Assembly (NCBI GenBank): GCA_028534125.1
Contig: CM052817.1
Coordinates: forward strand, 32,056,001 to 32,120,000
Direction: 5' to 3'
Source: Lama glama
Lineage: Eukaryota
Length of the DNA stretch: 64,000 nt
The translations under genes were made by a program, and so were the position numbers. Positions 12,725 to 25,793 of this stretch are shown piece after piece. Each line of letters opens with the position of its first letter. Position 1 is the first letter of the stretch. The notes beneath the pieces are model-generated. The model was not told where the DNA came from, made no database searches, and saw only the letters and a list, made by a program, of their open reading frames with translations.

Positions 12725-13560
12725 TTTTTAAATAGACTTCTTGTTTAGAGCAGATTTATGTTCATAGCAAAATAGAGAGGGAGGTACAGAGAGTTCCCAC
12801 ATCCCCCGTGCCCTCCTAATGCAGAGCCTCTCCCATTAGCAACATCCCCTACAGAGTGATGCATTTGTCACAATTGATGAACCTGCCTTGACACATCAGT
12901 GTCACCCAGAGTTCATAGTTCACATCACAGTTCACTCGGTGTTGTACACTCTATGGGTTTGGACAAATGTATAATGAATGACTTGTATTCACCATAATAG
13001 TATCATACAGAATATTTTCCCCGCTCTAAAAATCCTCCGGCTCTGCCTGTTTGTCACTGTCCATCCCCCAGACCCGACCCCTGACAACCACCAATCTTTT
13101 TACTGTCTCCATAGTTTTCCCTTTTCTAGAATGTCATATCGCTGAAACTGTACAGTAAGAAGCCTTTTCAGACAGGTTTCTTTCACTTAGTAAAATGCAT
13201 TCAGTTTCCCCCATGTCTTTTCATTTCTTTTTAGAACTGAATAATATCCCACTGTCTGGATGTACCATGGTTTATATTTGCATTCGCCTCCTGAAGGACA
13301 TCTCAGTTTCTCCCAAGTTTTGGCGATCATGAGTAAAGCCGTTAGAAACATCTGTGCTCAGATGTTTGTGCGGACCTAAGTATGTATTTTCAGCTTCTCT
13401 GGGTAAGTACCAGGGAGTGTGACTCTTGTTGAGTCGTGTGTTGAGAGCAGGTTTAGTTTTGTAAGAAACTGCCAGAGTGACTGTACCATTTTGCATCCCC
13501 ACCAGCAGTGAGTGACGGTTCCTGTTGCTCTACGCCTTGCCAGCATCTGGTGTTGTCAGT
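12725..13560 (-). mobile_element. L1MC-type 3' fragment
   Basis: L1MC 3'UTR motifs (agagcag...ttcatagcaaaa; caattgatgaacct...acacatca) and an ORF2-end remnant. Confidence 0.8.
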
Positions 13561-15102
13561 GAGGATTTACTCTGGAGAGAAATTTTCGAGAATTCCTTCA
13601 TTTCTCTAGTCTGCCCTCCTCACCTGATTCACTTTCCTCAGCATCAGGGAAACAGGTGTTAGCGTCCTGAAGAGTTGCTGGAGCCTCCTTAGCTCTGCCT
13701 GTTTCAGGTAGTTAACTCCAGCTTCCCTCTCCACAGCCCCTCCCAGGTACCTTCACTCCATGTCTGCCCTACCCGCTCCCTCAGACATGTGAGCTCTGCA
13801 GGGGCACCTCGTGCTTCCTCTTCCAGACTCATTGGAGACATCCATAGCGCCTAGGAATGTAGGGCATGCACTCTGGAGCCAGATTGCCTGGGTTCCAGTT
13901 ATAGCCCTGCTGTGCATCTATAGTTATGTGAATAATTGCTTGGGTCAGTACCTGGCACGTAGGTAGGGGGTGCTGTTCTTGAGTGTTCATAACAACTTCC
14001 GCCAGAGAAACCCTTCCTAGCCTCTGGTGCAGGGATCCTTCCTGTGTGCTGTATTTTAATGACCTCTTTATTTGCCTCTATTTTAAGACACAAGATCCCT
14101 GGAGGCAGGGACAATCTTTCTCACCTTCACATCTGTGGCTGGGAAATCACCTCGAGATACTAATTTCTGTTTTGTACTCATTCGGCAGCCTGAACAAATG
14201 GAAAGCGTTCCCCGTTGCAACAAATTTGTCGAGGGTGGCTTTACCTCCAGGACTGTTGATGTCTTTTGCGTCAGAGGTGTAAAAGGAAGGTTCACAGATA
14301 AGGCTTGAAATAGGCATCCACAATGCCACTCTTAAGGAGAATTTTGTTGTAGGAAAAAAGCCCCAGCTGAGAGAAGAAGAAATGGACTGATCCTAGAGGG
14401 AAGATTTTGAGCTTTTTGAGAGACTAGGGAGGGAGCACAGGTGTGCAGGTCCTGGAACAGTGAAGACCGCCACTTCACTCCGTCCTGTAGCTCTGGTCTG
14501 TGGAAGGACCTCAGGGCAGAAGATCTCCAGGGTGCCCTGCGAGAGGGGGTTCAAGTAACATTTAGTTCCCCACCTTCAAAAGATCTGGGACTGGGCTGAG
14601 GCCACTGCTTTCTAGGGACTATCTGGATTTTGACATTGACTATTGCCAGAGCCCCAGATCCCCTCTCCTGACCCTAGGAGAAGGGTGACCTCCCCACCCT
14701 GCCCCCACCAGATTCACAAGATTGAATTTCCTGAGTGGATGGGGGCTCTGAACAAATGTAACTTTATTTAGAGACATAAGAACATGGCTTTTTTTTAAAC
14801 TCTAGTAAAGTGAGCTAAAATTCACATCTGCAATGTGTCCATGATCCTGGCCAAAGGAGGCCTGAGAATATTTGGTGAGTAAATGAATGCGGGAAGCATC
14901 TTGAAATGTATCCAGTCTATTTTAATAATACCATAGAAACAGTAGTTTTTGTTTAGCTACCTTGTATAAAGGTTTTCCGGGGCGATCCTGAGCATTTAAA
15001 GCACATTCAAATGAGTTGTCTTTGAACAAAGATTCAAAAGACTTTCATGGACTGCAAGTTAGCAACAATTTGAGTTTATAACTCACCCGTCTTACATGGT
15101 TG

Positions 15103-15167
15103 GTTGCCTAGGCAACTAAGCCCGGCTGCTTTACACTTTGACTCTGGAAAGATTGGAGTGTCCAATC
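15103..15167. promoter_or_regulatory. RFX X-box plus inverted CCAAT pair
   Basis: Perfect palindrome GTTGCCTAGGCAAC at 15103-15116. GATTGGA-gtg-TCCAATC at 15151-15167. Confidence 0.65.
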
Positions 15168-17337
15168 AGAACTTGAATTACAAAGCCCCACCTAATCTGA
15201 TAAAGCCTGTTAGGGCAAAACCCCCAAATCCTACTTTGCATATTGGCATCCATTGCACAAAGCTGCCTTGTGCCTGCAAGTCTAGTCTTTACTCAGAATG
15301 AAAGTTGTTTAGGCTGTTTTTTCCCCCTTACTCTTGATTACTTGCAGTCATTCATCTAGGAATTAGTCAAATGAATTAAATCTAGGGATAATCCAAAAAA
15401 GAGTTCCTTCAGTCATTAGTTTCTGCATATTCCCCTCTTCAGTCTCCAGAGGCTTCCTTCTAGGCTGCTCTAACAGCCTGCAGACGTGACTTACTTTCCT
15501 GTCCTTCCAGGTATCAGGAGAGTGTCTGAAAGACGGATGATAGAGGGGAAAAGTAGGAACAAGCTAAGCTCTGTGACAAGGCATTCAGGCAAATCTTGAA
15601 GGTGAGACACTCCAGGGGACCACTGTCCTGGACTCTGCAAATCAGCACCATAAAAACAGAGGCGATTATCAAGGAAAAGAAATGTAAGGGACGCAACCAC
15701 TAGTGCAACATGTGATCCTAGATTAGAACGGTTTTGGACAGCTACAGAATCTATTTGGGGAACAATTATGGAAATTAGAATATGACTTGAGTCATAAATA
15801 ATATTAAAACTCATTGAGATGACTCATATTGTGACTTATTGGGCATGGTAAATATTTTGGTTATGTAGGAAGTCCTTATATTTGTGAGTTGCATACTGAA
15901 GTATTTAAAGGTGGAATATTATGTCCAGCATAAAAAAAAAATGTGACTTTTGAAGAATAAAATCTAGAAGAACTGAATTATATCTCAGAGTAGATCCTTA
16001 GGACTTGACCCAGTTAACTTGAAAGTCTGCTTATCTACAGTCCATGGGTAGGGAGATGGTACACTTTCCCCTGGGGCAGGGTGGGGGAAGTGCCCAGAAG
16101 CTAGAGCATGTTTGACCATTTAGTAACTGTGATCTTGGGCAAGGTACTTCTCCAGACATCTGTATCTCTCCAGAGAAATAGAACCCATTGGAGAGAGATA
16201 AATCTGATTAATATACAATATAAATATGTATTTATAATACATTTATAAATGTGTCCCTTTAAGCAGGTCTGACACATTATGATTTAGGACTACAGTTAAC
16301 CTTTGTCATTAACAAAGTAGAAAGACAATAAATATGATGTTGTAACTATGTTTTCAGTACAGTACTATTGAAATAAATACGATACTTCAATTAATATTTC
16401 AAATGGCTTTATTTTTCAGTGTTTTGTATCAATTTGGGTCTTTAGTACAGTAATAATTTTTTTCCCTATTCATTTCTTTCTGCTAATATAAGCACAAAGA
16501 GCTTTTGAGCTTTAGAACCTTAAGCACCTTCCGACATGCTACAACAGGACATGTATCTTAGATTCTGGAGGAAGCTGAAATCTTCAAGATTAAATGGGTG
16601 TGTATCAGAGAAAATCCTAAATGGTTAAGCTAAAGTTTACAGTCATGAGAAACTATGAACATCGTTCCTCTTGTAAGGTCTATCCCATCAAACTGACAGT
16701 CTCAGAAACAAGAACATTATTATAATGTTACCATATCATAATTTCATAAAAGCAAAACTTTCTTTAAAATATACATATAAGTAATTTTAAATCCCCTGAC
16801 ATTGAATGACAAGCGCTACGCTGCTTCACACGCTGTGTCTGGTAACTGCTCACATCACTCGGGTCTTCCGTGCCTCTTTTCCCCTTGAGGAAACTGATAG
16901 GCAGACAGGTGAAACACTGGCCCAGAATCCCACTGGCAGCTGTGATAAAGGCGGGATTGAAATTTAGAATCAGTGATTTATGCTTCATCCAACCAGCATT
17001 TATGAAGTGCTTCCTAGGTGTCAGGCCCGGTTCCACGTTCTGGGGATACTGAGGTGAAAGATCAAAATCCCTGCTGTGAGAATCTGGAACACAGTTGAGT
17101 TTAGCAGTTAGAACTGGTAACTGCTTCTTCCATGACTGGGCAGCAGTCTACCTGGCTTTTTATATGTTTAGCCCTGTAAGATGATTTGTTTTTCCTGATG
17201 GAAAAAGGTCCCCTAAATCATCTTAAGCTTCTGAAGAGTGGAAGTCTGGACTAAAGCTAGGCTCTTCCAGAAAAATAAACAGAATCTAAAAACACTCTTT
17301 GAAGTAGCTACTTCCTTAAAAAAATAAACAAACAGCC

Positions 17338-17338
<1 letters not shown>

Positions 17339-17367
<29 letters not shown>
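17339..17367. repeat. (CA)n microsatellite
   Basis: About 14 AC units seen directly. Confidence 0.95.
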
Positions 17368-17370
<3 letters not shown>

Positions 17371-17478
17371 ACACAAGTTCCTGTATATCTTTTCGAATCA
17401 TCCATTCTAGACAGACCTGATGAACGTGGAGTCATGTTCAGGTTTGCCTGGCCAGTGGACTATTTTTCTCTGTTACAG

Positions 17479-17583
17479 ATATCTAGTTGCAACAGTTTCA
17501 TACAGTCCAACAAAAAAGGATACCACAGTGCATTTCCATAATGCAGTGACCTGAATTTGCTGGGAGAGACCGCAGTTCGTCAG
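17479..17583 (+). other. Candidate non-coding exon
   Basis: tatttttctctgttacag| ... CAG|gtaagg, 105 nt, with stops in all three frames. Confidence 0.35.
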
Positions 17584-19848
17584 GTAAGGCTTTTCTTCCC
17601 TTAGCAACCACATTGTTCTCGTGCTGCAAAGTATAACGATCTCCTCAGTGGCCTGACCTACTTGCGGAACCCAAAGGGTACACAGAAGCACCTGCGTCTC
17701 TGAGCACCACGGCCGTGGGCACATCTAACCCATAATTCATGGCGCAAAGTTGCTGCTTGCTCTGTTACACAGGCAAGTCGTCTCCACAAGAAGTTTGAAA
17801 ACAGTCGACGTGTCCCCAAGACAGTTTCTGTACCTATCTAAACTTTCCATCATTTAAAATACAGCACTAGCTTTTCATATTGAAGAGCATTGGGATAAGC
17901 AAATAAATTGGATACCTTCAGCAGTAGTCATGAATATATAAAATTTAAAACATCATTATTACTATATTATATTTATAATGATGGATACAGTCTTTATTTC
18001 TATTTTCAAACACGACGATTTATGACCTTTATATTTGGGTCCTATTTCACAGCCTTAATACATACATATTGTATTAAAGGAAGGGAAAGGATCTTGAAAT
18101 AAGATTTCCCTCTCCTCAGGGTTTCTGAAGTTAGTACTCATTTCTTTTACCATTTGTTGTGAAGAAGCTCATATGATTCATAGTAATGTAGGATTTTTAG
18201 AAAACATTGCCTAGGAGATTTGCATTCTGCATAAATAATTTAAAACAGACATCATTAGGATACTGGAGTTTATGTTCATATATAAAAAAACCACCTAGTT
18301 CTCTTGAATTTTATGAAAGTAAAGAGCTAAGTCTCCTGGAACAGAGTCTTAGCTGACTACTGCGCCGTGGACTGGGACAGATGGGAAATTTCAGTGCAAG
18401 GTATCATGTCGTGAAGGGCTGGTGAGAGTGGATGAGACCCTCATTATACATGATTTAGTGAAATGATTGCTGTCTTCTCTTTGAACACCTCATCTTTTAC
18501 CACCGCCTCATAATCTTAGCTGTGAAATAGACATGTATGTTACGTTTTTGTTTCTTACTGTTGGTGGAAGATTTCTCTTTCCTCTCTTTCTTGGCACTGG
18601 GGACGATTTGATGAAAAACGGAAAAACAGACCATTGGCTAGATAAAGGCTTCGAACTGAGAAGAAAGAACAGGAGGTCCCAGCTCTGGCTCTGGTCCACT
18701 GGCCTACATTTTATAGGACAAAGTATCCCACCCATCTGGGCCTCAGTTTCATTATCTATAAAGAGGAGAGCAGTAGACCAGATTATCTTTGAAGTTTCAC
18801 TTTTGGCTGCACAATTCTGTGATTTAAATCTAGTCTCAGCTATGGTAACTAAGAAGAAGAATGATAGCTGTAAGTGCCTAGCGATTACGTATTACATATA
18901 CACCAAATTCATAAAGCAAAAATGTAATTGGAGTTCTTTCAAGAGTCATCCAATTGCCCATGGGGCAGTGTTGGTTGCAAGTATAATATTATCTCCCACT
19001 CTTACTATTTCCTTTTGTCGAAGAGATATCCATCATGTAACACTCCTGGCACCATCACCGCACCATCACTCACTCTTTTCTTGGGGAGATGCAGTAGCTT
19101 GTCTAACAGTTGAATTTAGAAGGAGAATCAAAATAGAGCAGCCAGCCCTTCCCTCTGGAGTCTTCTTGGGAGCTGGTGGACCTGCAGAGAATATGTTGTC
19201 CTGCTCTGTTCCTTCGTGCTATTGGTTTATAGGGGCAAGGCCCTGCCTGGGGGACTCTGGAGTCATCTGTGAGTAAGTTTGTCTGGTTCTGGGGTTTAGT
19301 GTTAGGAAAACATTTGGCTCTTAAATCCAAGCCACATTCTGCAGTATCAGCTTTCTTAGTGACAAACATATTTTGATTTCTTTGTGCCTAATTTTTGGGG
19401 GGGTCTATTTCTCAAGTAGTTCAGAACTTGGATGCTGTGCTATTTTGGGGGTTCCCAGAAGTCCCAATGAGCAGTACTAGACTGTAGTAACAAATGACTG
19501 TGGCCGTGCACTTTCCACTTAGATTCATACAGGTCTTCTCCCAGCCTTGATTGTCTCTGGTAAGGCCTTCACAACATCATTGCAAATCCTGGCATTTGGG
19601 ATGCCAGAGATCACTACCTCAGCCAACGATTGCACAGCTGCGTGGCACTCATGGTTCTAAAATGGAAACCAAATATTGAAACAATCACTATGTGCCTTAA
19701 ATATTGCATCCAGCTTATTACAGAGCTGAATCAAGATGGGAAGGAAGAAGCATTTATGACATGGTATGGATGTTGGCTGAAATTTGAATAACCTATCTAC
19801 TCTTATTACAGTTTGTTTTCCTCTTGCATCCAGAAGGAAGAAGAGCTT

Positions 19849-19995
19849 ATATCTTTGCTGTTGTTGTTGATGTTGTTTTTGGAGGGGTGGGGGATTAGAT
19901 TTATTTATTTATCTTTTAATGAAGGTATTGGGGTCTGAACCCAGGACCTCATGCATGCTAAGCATACGTTCTGCCACGGAGCTGTACCCTCCCCG
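19849..19995 (-). mobile_element. Vic-1-like SINE
   Basis: gaacccaggacctcatgcatgctaagc...ccctcccc. Near-TSD gaagaagagctt (19837-19848) / gaagaatagctt (19998-20009). Confidence 0.9.
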
Positions 19996-20682
19996 CTGAA
20001 GAATAGCTTGAAGTCACAGAAACTATGTAACTTAATAAATATTTGAGGGCCTAGTATGGTACCTGGACTTCTCTAGGTACTAGGGGATACAGTAGTGGAC
20101 TAACAGACAAAAATCTGTATCCCTAAGGAGCTTATATTTAATGGGAGGAGACACATAATAACTAAAGTAAATAAGGAAATAAATAATAATGTAAATAAAT
20201 CAGTCTGTTGTTGCAGTGCAGTGGCACAGTGTATGGAGTCAAACATCACTTGCAAGCTATATGACCTTTGAGAAAGTTCTTAAGCTCTGTGTCTCAATTT
20301 CCTCATCTGTAAAATGGGCTTAATAAAACTTTTGTAGGTTTACCATGAACCAATGCCCAGTGTTCTAGGAACTGCAAGAGGGTCGTGTGGCTGAAGAGGA
20401 GAATGCAACAGAGAGGGGTCGTGGATTGGGACTCCTTAGAAGAAGAGCCTAAGACAGGAGCTCAGGTGCCTATGATTTACTGAGGATGTGCTCTCAGAGA
20501 AAAGGAAGAGAGGAGAGCAGGAGAGAGCAGGTGAAGGAGCTAAGCAAGGATGAGGCCTTAGCTGGGGCAGCCTGGCCCATGGGGCGCTCTGGAGCATGAG
20601 TTGCATGACAAAGTCCTCCCTTGGGACGAGTGGGCTGGCCTTTTGGACCCTGATATCAGTGAGTCATTGGCATCAGCGGAGA

Positions 20683-21021
20683 TGATTTCTTAGTTCCTTT
20701 GGGCTGTGATTCCAAAAACCACAGGCTGTGTAGCTTATACACAACAGAAATTTAGTTGTCACAGTTGCGAAACCTAGAAGTCTGAGATCAAAATGCCGGC
20801 ATGACAGGGTGAGGGTTGTCTTCTGGGTTGCAGACTTCTTGTGTTGTCACGTGGTGGGAGGGGCTAGGGAGCCCTGTGGGGTTTCTTTCATAAGGGCACT
20901 AATCCCATTCACATGGGCTCCCCACTCCTGATCTGATCACCTCCTGGAGGACCCCCCTGCCTTGTGGGTTAGGATCTCAACATATGAAGCTTGTGGGGAC
21001 ACAAACATTCAGACCATAGCA
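20683..21021 (-). mobile_element. MaLR LTR (MLT1A-like)
   Basis: Ends ggggacacaaacattcagaccatagca, the reverse complement of the MLT1A start. Confidence 0.8.
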
Positions 21022-21918
21022 CATGGCTAAAATCAAGGTGTCAGCAGAGCTGCATTCCTTTCCGGAGGCTCGAGGCAAGGGCTGTGAGGAAGTGCTGCAG
21101 GGGGCACCCTGCTGCCTCACCCCACATCCTCCACGATTCAGGGCTGGCTCCAAGCCGGCATATTCCACACGCACATTCCAAACAGCCTTGTGTGGAGACA
21201 GCCCCACATCCTCCGAGGCAGCATAGCCACCATGGGTTGTACCTGGAGCCAGACCACTTGGCGGTCTTACACTCTGTCCCAAGCAGCTTATCAAACTATT
21301 GCTTCCAGCCACACAGTACTTGTCCCTGAGACCAGTTGTGGTGGCTTCAGACAGTGTCAACTTATCTAAATTGGAACCACACTTTCCAGATACCCAGGTG
21401 CAAGAGTAACCTGTGTAGTTCAGAGTCGCAGTGGCCACAGGAGAAATCTGCTTGATATTTAAGAGGCAGAAAGGAAGTAACAGCCTTTTGAAGTTTGGTA
21501 GAGGCAGTTAGGGGCAGTCACCGAGGTGCTGGTGGGTTCCACTTTGCTCTTGGTATTCCTCCACTCCAGATCCAGCTCTTGTTCCCAAATGCTGGCCCTA
21601 CTGACCAGCTGTGACCCCAAACCCACCAGGGAATTGTTTTGCTTTGAGCTCACAGAGGTGGAAGCCGCAAAGAGCCGACGGCCTTCCAGAGACCTCTCCA
21701 CCAGCCTCTCTTGCCACTGTTTCAGCTAGCATCCAACTTGTCCCCCTGAACCAGGTACTTTTCTCTGGTACTTTTGGGACCTTCTGTTCCTCAGCTCCTC
21801 CCAAATTTGCAGAAGATCTAACTTCAGAATAAATAATCTATCCTGTGATACTTAGTGTGGTCATGCTTTTCTGATTGAACTTTACTGTCCGAGAGGGAAA
21901 AATAATAAACTTCATCTT

Positions 21919-23118
21919 TTTGTTTTCATTTTTCAGTTTTATTAGGTAGAATTGTTACAGTTTGACTGCACATATACAATGCATTGCATGTAAATACATA
22001 TATACAACATACTGCACATATTTTTTAAATTTACATATATATACTGTTCATTGTTTCTAAGAACGTTTAGAGCTTTCGCTTTTTAAACTTACATAGTTAT
22101 GAAAGGAATAAAGCCAACCACAAAATAAGAATTAATTCAAAAAAATACATACATCCGCTATTAATAGCAACATTATTTATAATTGCCAAGATACAGAAGC
22201 ATTTTAAGTGCACATCAATAGATGAATGGATAAAGAAGAAGCAGCATATATATATGTAATGGAATACAACTCACCCATAAGAAAGAAGGATATTCTGCCG
22301 TTTGCAGCCCTCCATTCACTTTTTTTTCCACTTAAAAAACCAGAATTTTATAACTGGCATAAACATTTCCATTGCATCAAAAACAACAGAATACCTAGAA
22401 ATAAACTTAACCAAGGAGGTTACCCATACTCTGAAAACTGTAAAACATTGATGAAGGAAATTGAAGATGATACAAAGAAATGGAAAAATATCTTGTGCTC
22501 TTGGATTGGAAGAATCAACATTATCAGAATGGCCGTAATACCCAATCAATCTACAGATCCAAAGCAACCCCTGTGTCAAAGTACTCACAACATTTTTCAA
22601 AGAACTAGAACAAACAATTCCAAAATTTATATGGAATCATAAAAGTCCCTGAACTGCCAAAGCAATCTTTCTCTCTCTCTCTTCTTTTTGTTCTCTTTTC
22701 TTGTGGTTTGATGGCTAGAGAAGTTCCTTTAACATTTGTTGTAAAGCCGGTTCAGTGGTGAATTCTTTTAGCTTTTGTTTATCTGTGAAGCTTTTGATCT
22801 CTCCATCAAATCTGAATGAGAGCCTTGCTGGATAGAGTATTCTTGGTTGTTGGTTTTTCCCTTTCATTACTTTAAATATATCGTGCCACTCCCTTCTGGC
22901 CTGTAGATTTTCTGCTGAAAAATCAGCTGTAAGTTTATGGGAGTTCCCTTGTATGTTGTTTGTTGCTTTTCTCTTGCTAATTTTAATTTTTCCTCCTTAT
23001 CCTTAATTTTTGTCAATTTGATTACTATGTGCCTTGGTGTGTTCCTCTGGGTTGATCTTGTGTGGAACTCTGCACTTCCTGGACTGTTTCCTTTCCCAAG
23101 TTGGGTAAGTTTTCATTT
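21919..23118 (-). mobile_element. Composite insertion of L1 fragments (ORF1 minus, two ORF2 pieces plus) with a polyA-like end
   Basis: L1 ORF1 minus at ~22715-23115, ORF2 plus at ~22365-22668 ([30 protein letters not shown]), ORF2 end plus at ~22130-22308. Minus-strand AATAAA at 21943-21938. Confidence 0.65.
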
Positions 23119-24099
23119 ATTAATTAATGTCATCTTATTACATTTCTGGGACATTTCATCATTCCTTATAAATTGTCGCACCAGACACCTTTCTGGCTGG
23201 CTGCCCTTGAATCTAATCAATATATATCAATATAATCAATGTGATATTGAATATAGTGTCCTCGAATATCTGGTAGGGGAGGCACAAAAGAAGTCTTTTC
23301 AGGAGAACTTTAATCAATATAAAAATCCTTGTCAGTAGACGAACAGAAACTGGTGGCCAGAGATACAGTGGAAAGGTAAGTTATCCCCCCTCGTATCTTG
23401 CAGAGAACTAAAAATCCCCTCCCATCTCCAGGGGCGTCACCTCCTGGTTTGTCCTCCTTGTTCTTGGCTTAAGTCTCTCCCCTCCACCCCCCACCACACA
23501 GCGCCATGATGAAAGGAAGCCAGAAGGACTTAATTCAGTCACAAAACTGCTAAATTTACTCATTCATAGTCTCATGGTGTAATGAGAAGCGTGTTGGCCT
23601 GAGGCTCAGAGGATCTGGTTTCTGGTCCCAGTTGCCAAGAACTCTCTGTGGGATGAGGGGAAAGTCATCCAGCCTCTCTGGACTTCAGTTTCTTTGGAAC
23701 GTGTTTTATAATAGCCATGCTAATTGAATAGACTCCAGGTGTCCTCCCACATACCTGAACTCATTGCCCTTGTAAAAGCCTTCTTAGAAACTTGCATTTT
23801 AGTGATTCATATTAGAGTGCTACGAAGTACGCCGCATGCCTCCCAGAAGTGATATGATAATAAATACATGGATTGACACGGCACTGTCACTTAGTCCCAG
23901 TGTCAGGTAGTCCTGTGTCCTGGTTGTGTCACACACACAGCCATCCTGAGCAAAGAGAGGGAGTTCCAGGACACACAGGGGTTGGTGGTGGTTTCCTCAC
24001 CCTTTTGTTTGCTTTGGGCTCAGTAGGATGTATTTACTATGCCCAGCTGTATTATCACAACTGTTTTAAGATAATGGTCACTGGTTTTAATTAAATTAA

Positions 24100-24610
24100 C
24101 TCTCAGAAAATAGACATATGACTTGAAAAGGTTTCTTGTAAAGAAAGCAGGGACTGAAGTGGAAACAGCAACGTGAGTGCAAGCAAATAAAGGACAACAA
24201 AACTGACGGAGCAGACACGTTTGCTCCCAGGACAGACTCCTTACTATCTGCATTAAAAGGTAAAAATAATGAGGATCAAATCAGATCTGACAAAAACTCT
24301 GAAACAAATACTCAAAATTATCAAGAAGATGGTTTACAAATTGGATGTACATCTGCTGATTCACATCTACTGTCACTCCTGAGGAACCTTGACTTACGGG
24401 CATATCGTGTCTTGAAATATTAACGAATGTAGTATAATGCCATCGTGATTAGCAAGGCATTCAAAACCAGTATTTATTTCATCTCTGTGTCCTCTTCTTA
24501 TTTTCCTTTTTGTGCATTTGTTATAACGCTTATAACACCTGGGCAGGTAACATATTGAAAGCGTGTACCAAAAAGGTTTTACTGATTAGAGGGATGTGTC
24601 CAAAAAGCTG
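24100..24610. mobile_element. hAT-Charlie-like DNA transposon remnant
   Basis: Degenerate resemblance to the Charlie transposase N-terminal region (aatgtagtataatgccatcgtgattagcaaggcatt). Boundaries uncertain. Confidence 0.4.
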
Positions 24611-25365
24611 AAACTAGAGATTTGTTCTGAGACTGATATGTCCAGATGTTCATCTGACTTGTGAAGCAGAGGTGTGGGTGGGGGCCCAGCTTGGATTCTG
24701 CACTTCAAGATGGTAAGACACTGATCACTCTACATTTTATGACCTATGACATAAGTACAGGAAATAAGGAAAGGGTTGTACTTTAGAAATTCACATGAAT
24801 GTTTTCTATTTCAACTCTCAGAACCCCACCCACCCTCAGCTTCTAGGCAAAATAGGACTAGGTTTAATAATCTTCCAATGAGTTGCTAATTTTCTCTCTC
24901 ACTATCACCTGGTTCAACATCCAAGTAAATCAGCATTGCTAACCTGTTAGTTTTTCAGAACAAAAGGAATCTGTGAAGACTTTTCAGATTCAGGAAAGAA
25001 TCATGTTAGGGCAGTGAATATATGCAATAATTGCTTTTAGGTCTACTTTACAGATCTAAAATTACTTTTGTTTAGGAAAAAAGCCCTTAGAGTCCTCCTA
25101 AATTGATTATTTATGCTACACTGTTTTTAAAGTGTACTTTACACAGAAAATGGTCATATTTAATACTTCAAGTTATTTTTAAATATTTCAAAATATAGAC
25201 AGACAGAAAAGAAACAGGACATGAATGTGGACTAAATTGTGCGTCAGTAACAGTCAGCCCCCTAAATCTTAGCGACTCAATGCCATAAAATTGTATTTTT
25301 TACTCATTTACATGTCTAATGCAGCTTGGCAGATGGGGCTGTGCTCACTGAAGTCTCTCAGGGAC

Positions 25366-25793
25366 TGTAGTGGACAGAATAAGGGCCCCCAAAGATGTCC
25401 ATGTCCTAAAACCCAGAACCTGTGAATATATTACCTTATGTAGCAAAAGGTGTTAAGTTAAGGACTTAGATGGCAAGATGATCTTTGATTATCAGGTGGG
25501 TCTAATGTAATCACAGATCCTTATAAGAGAAAGGCAAGCAGGTCAAAGGTAGTAGTAGATGTGATCATGGAAGGAGGAGGTTGGAGTGATGTGAGGGAGG
25601 GCCACAGGCCAGAGTGCAGGCTCCCCTGAAGCCTCTAAAAGGAACCAGCCCTATGGACACCTTGACTTTAGCCCAAAATCAGTGGGACTGATTTTGGAAT
25701 CTGACCTCCAAAATTATAAAATGATAAATTTGTATTGTTTTAAGACACTTGATTTGTGGTAATTTGTTATGGAAGCAATAGGAACCTAATACC
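25366..25793 (+). mobile_element. MaLR solo LTR (MLT1D-like) nested in an older MLT
   Basis: tgtagtggacagaataagggcccccaaagatgtccatgtcc...ggaacctaatac. Near-TSD gggac/aggac. Confidence 0.85.

Noticed and set aside
15103..15167. MHC class II-type S-X-Y module
   Set aside because: X-to-Y spacing is about 35 bp, longer than the roughly two helical turns of canonical modules, and no X2 site is evident.
18533..19276. 247-aa plus-strand ORF
   Set aside because: Crosses a MIR, has no domain or codon bias I can see, and is likely a chance ORF.
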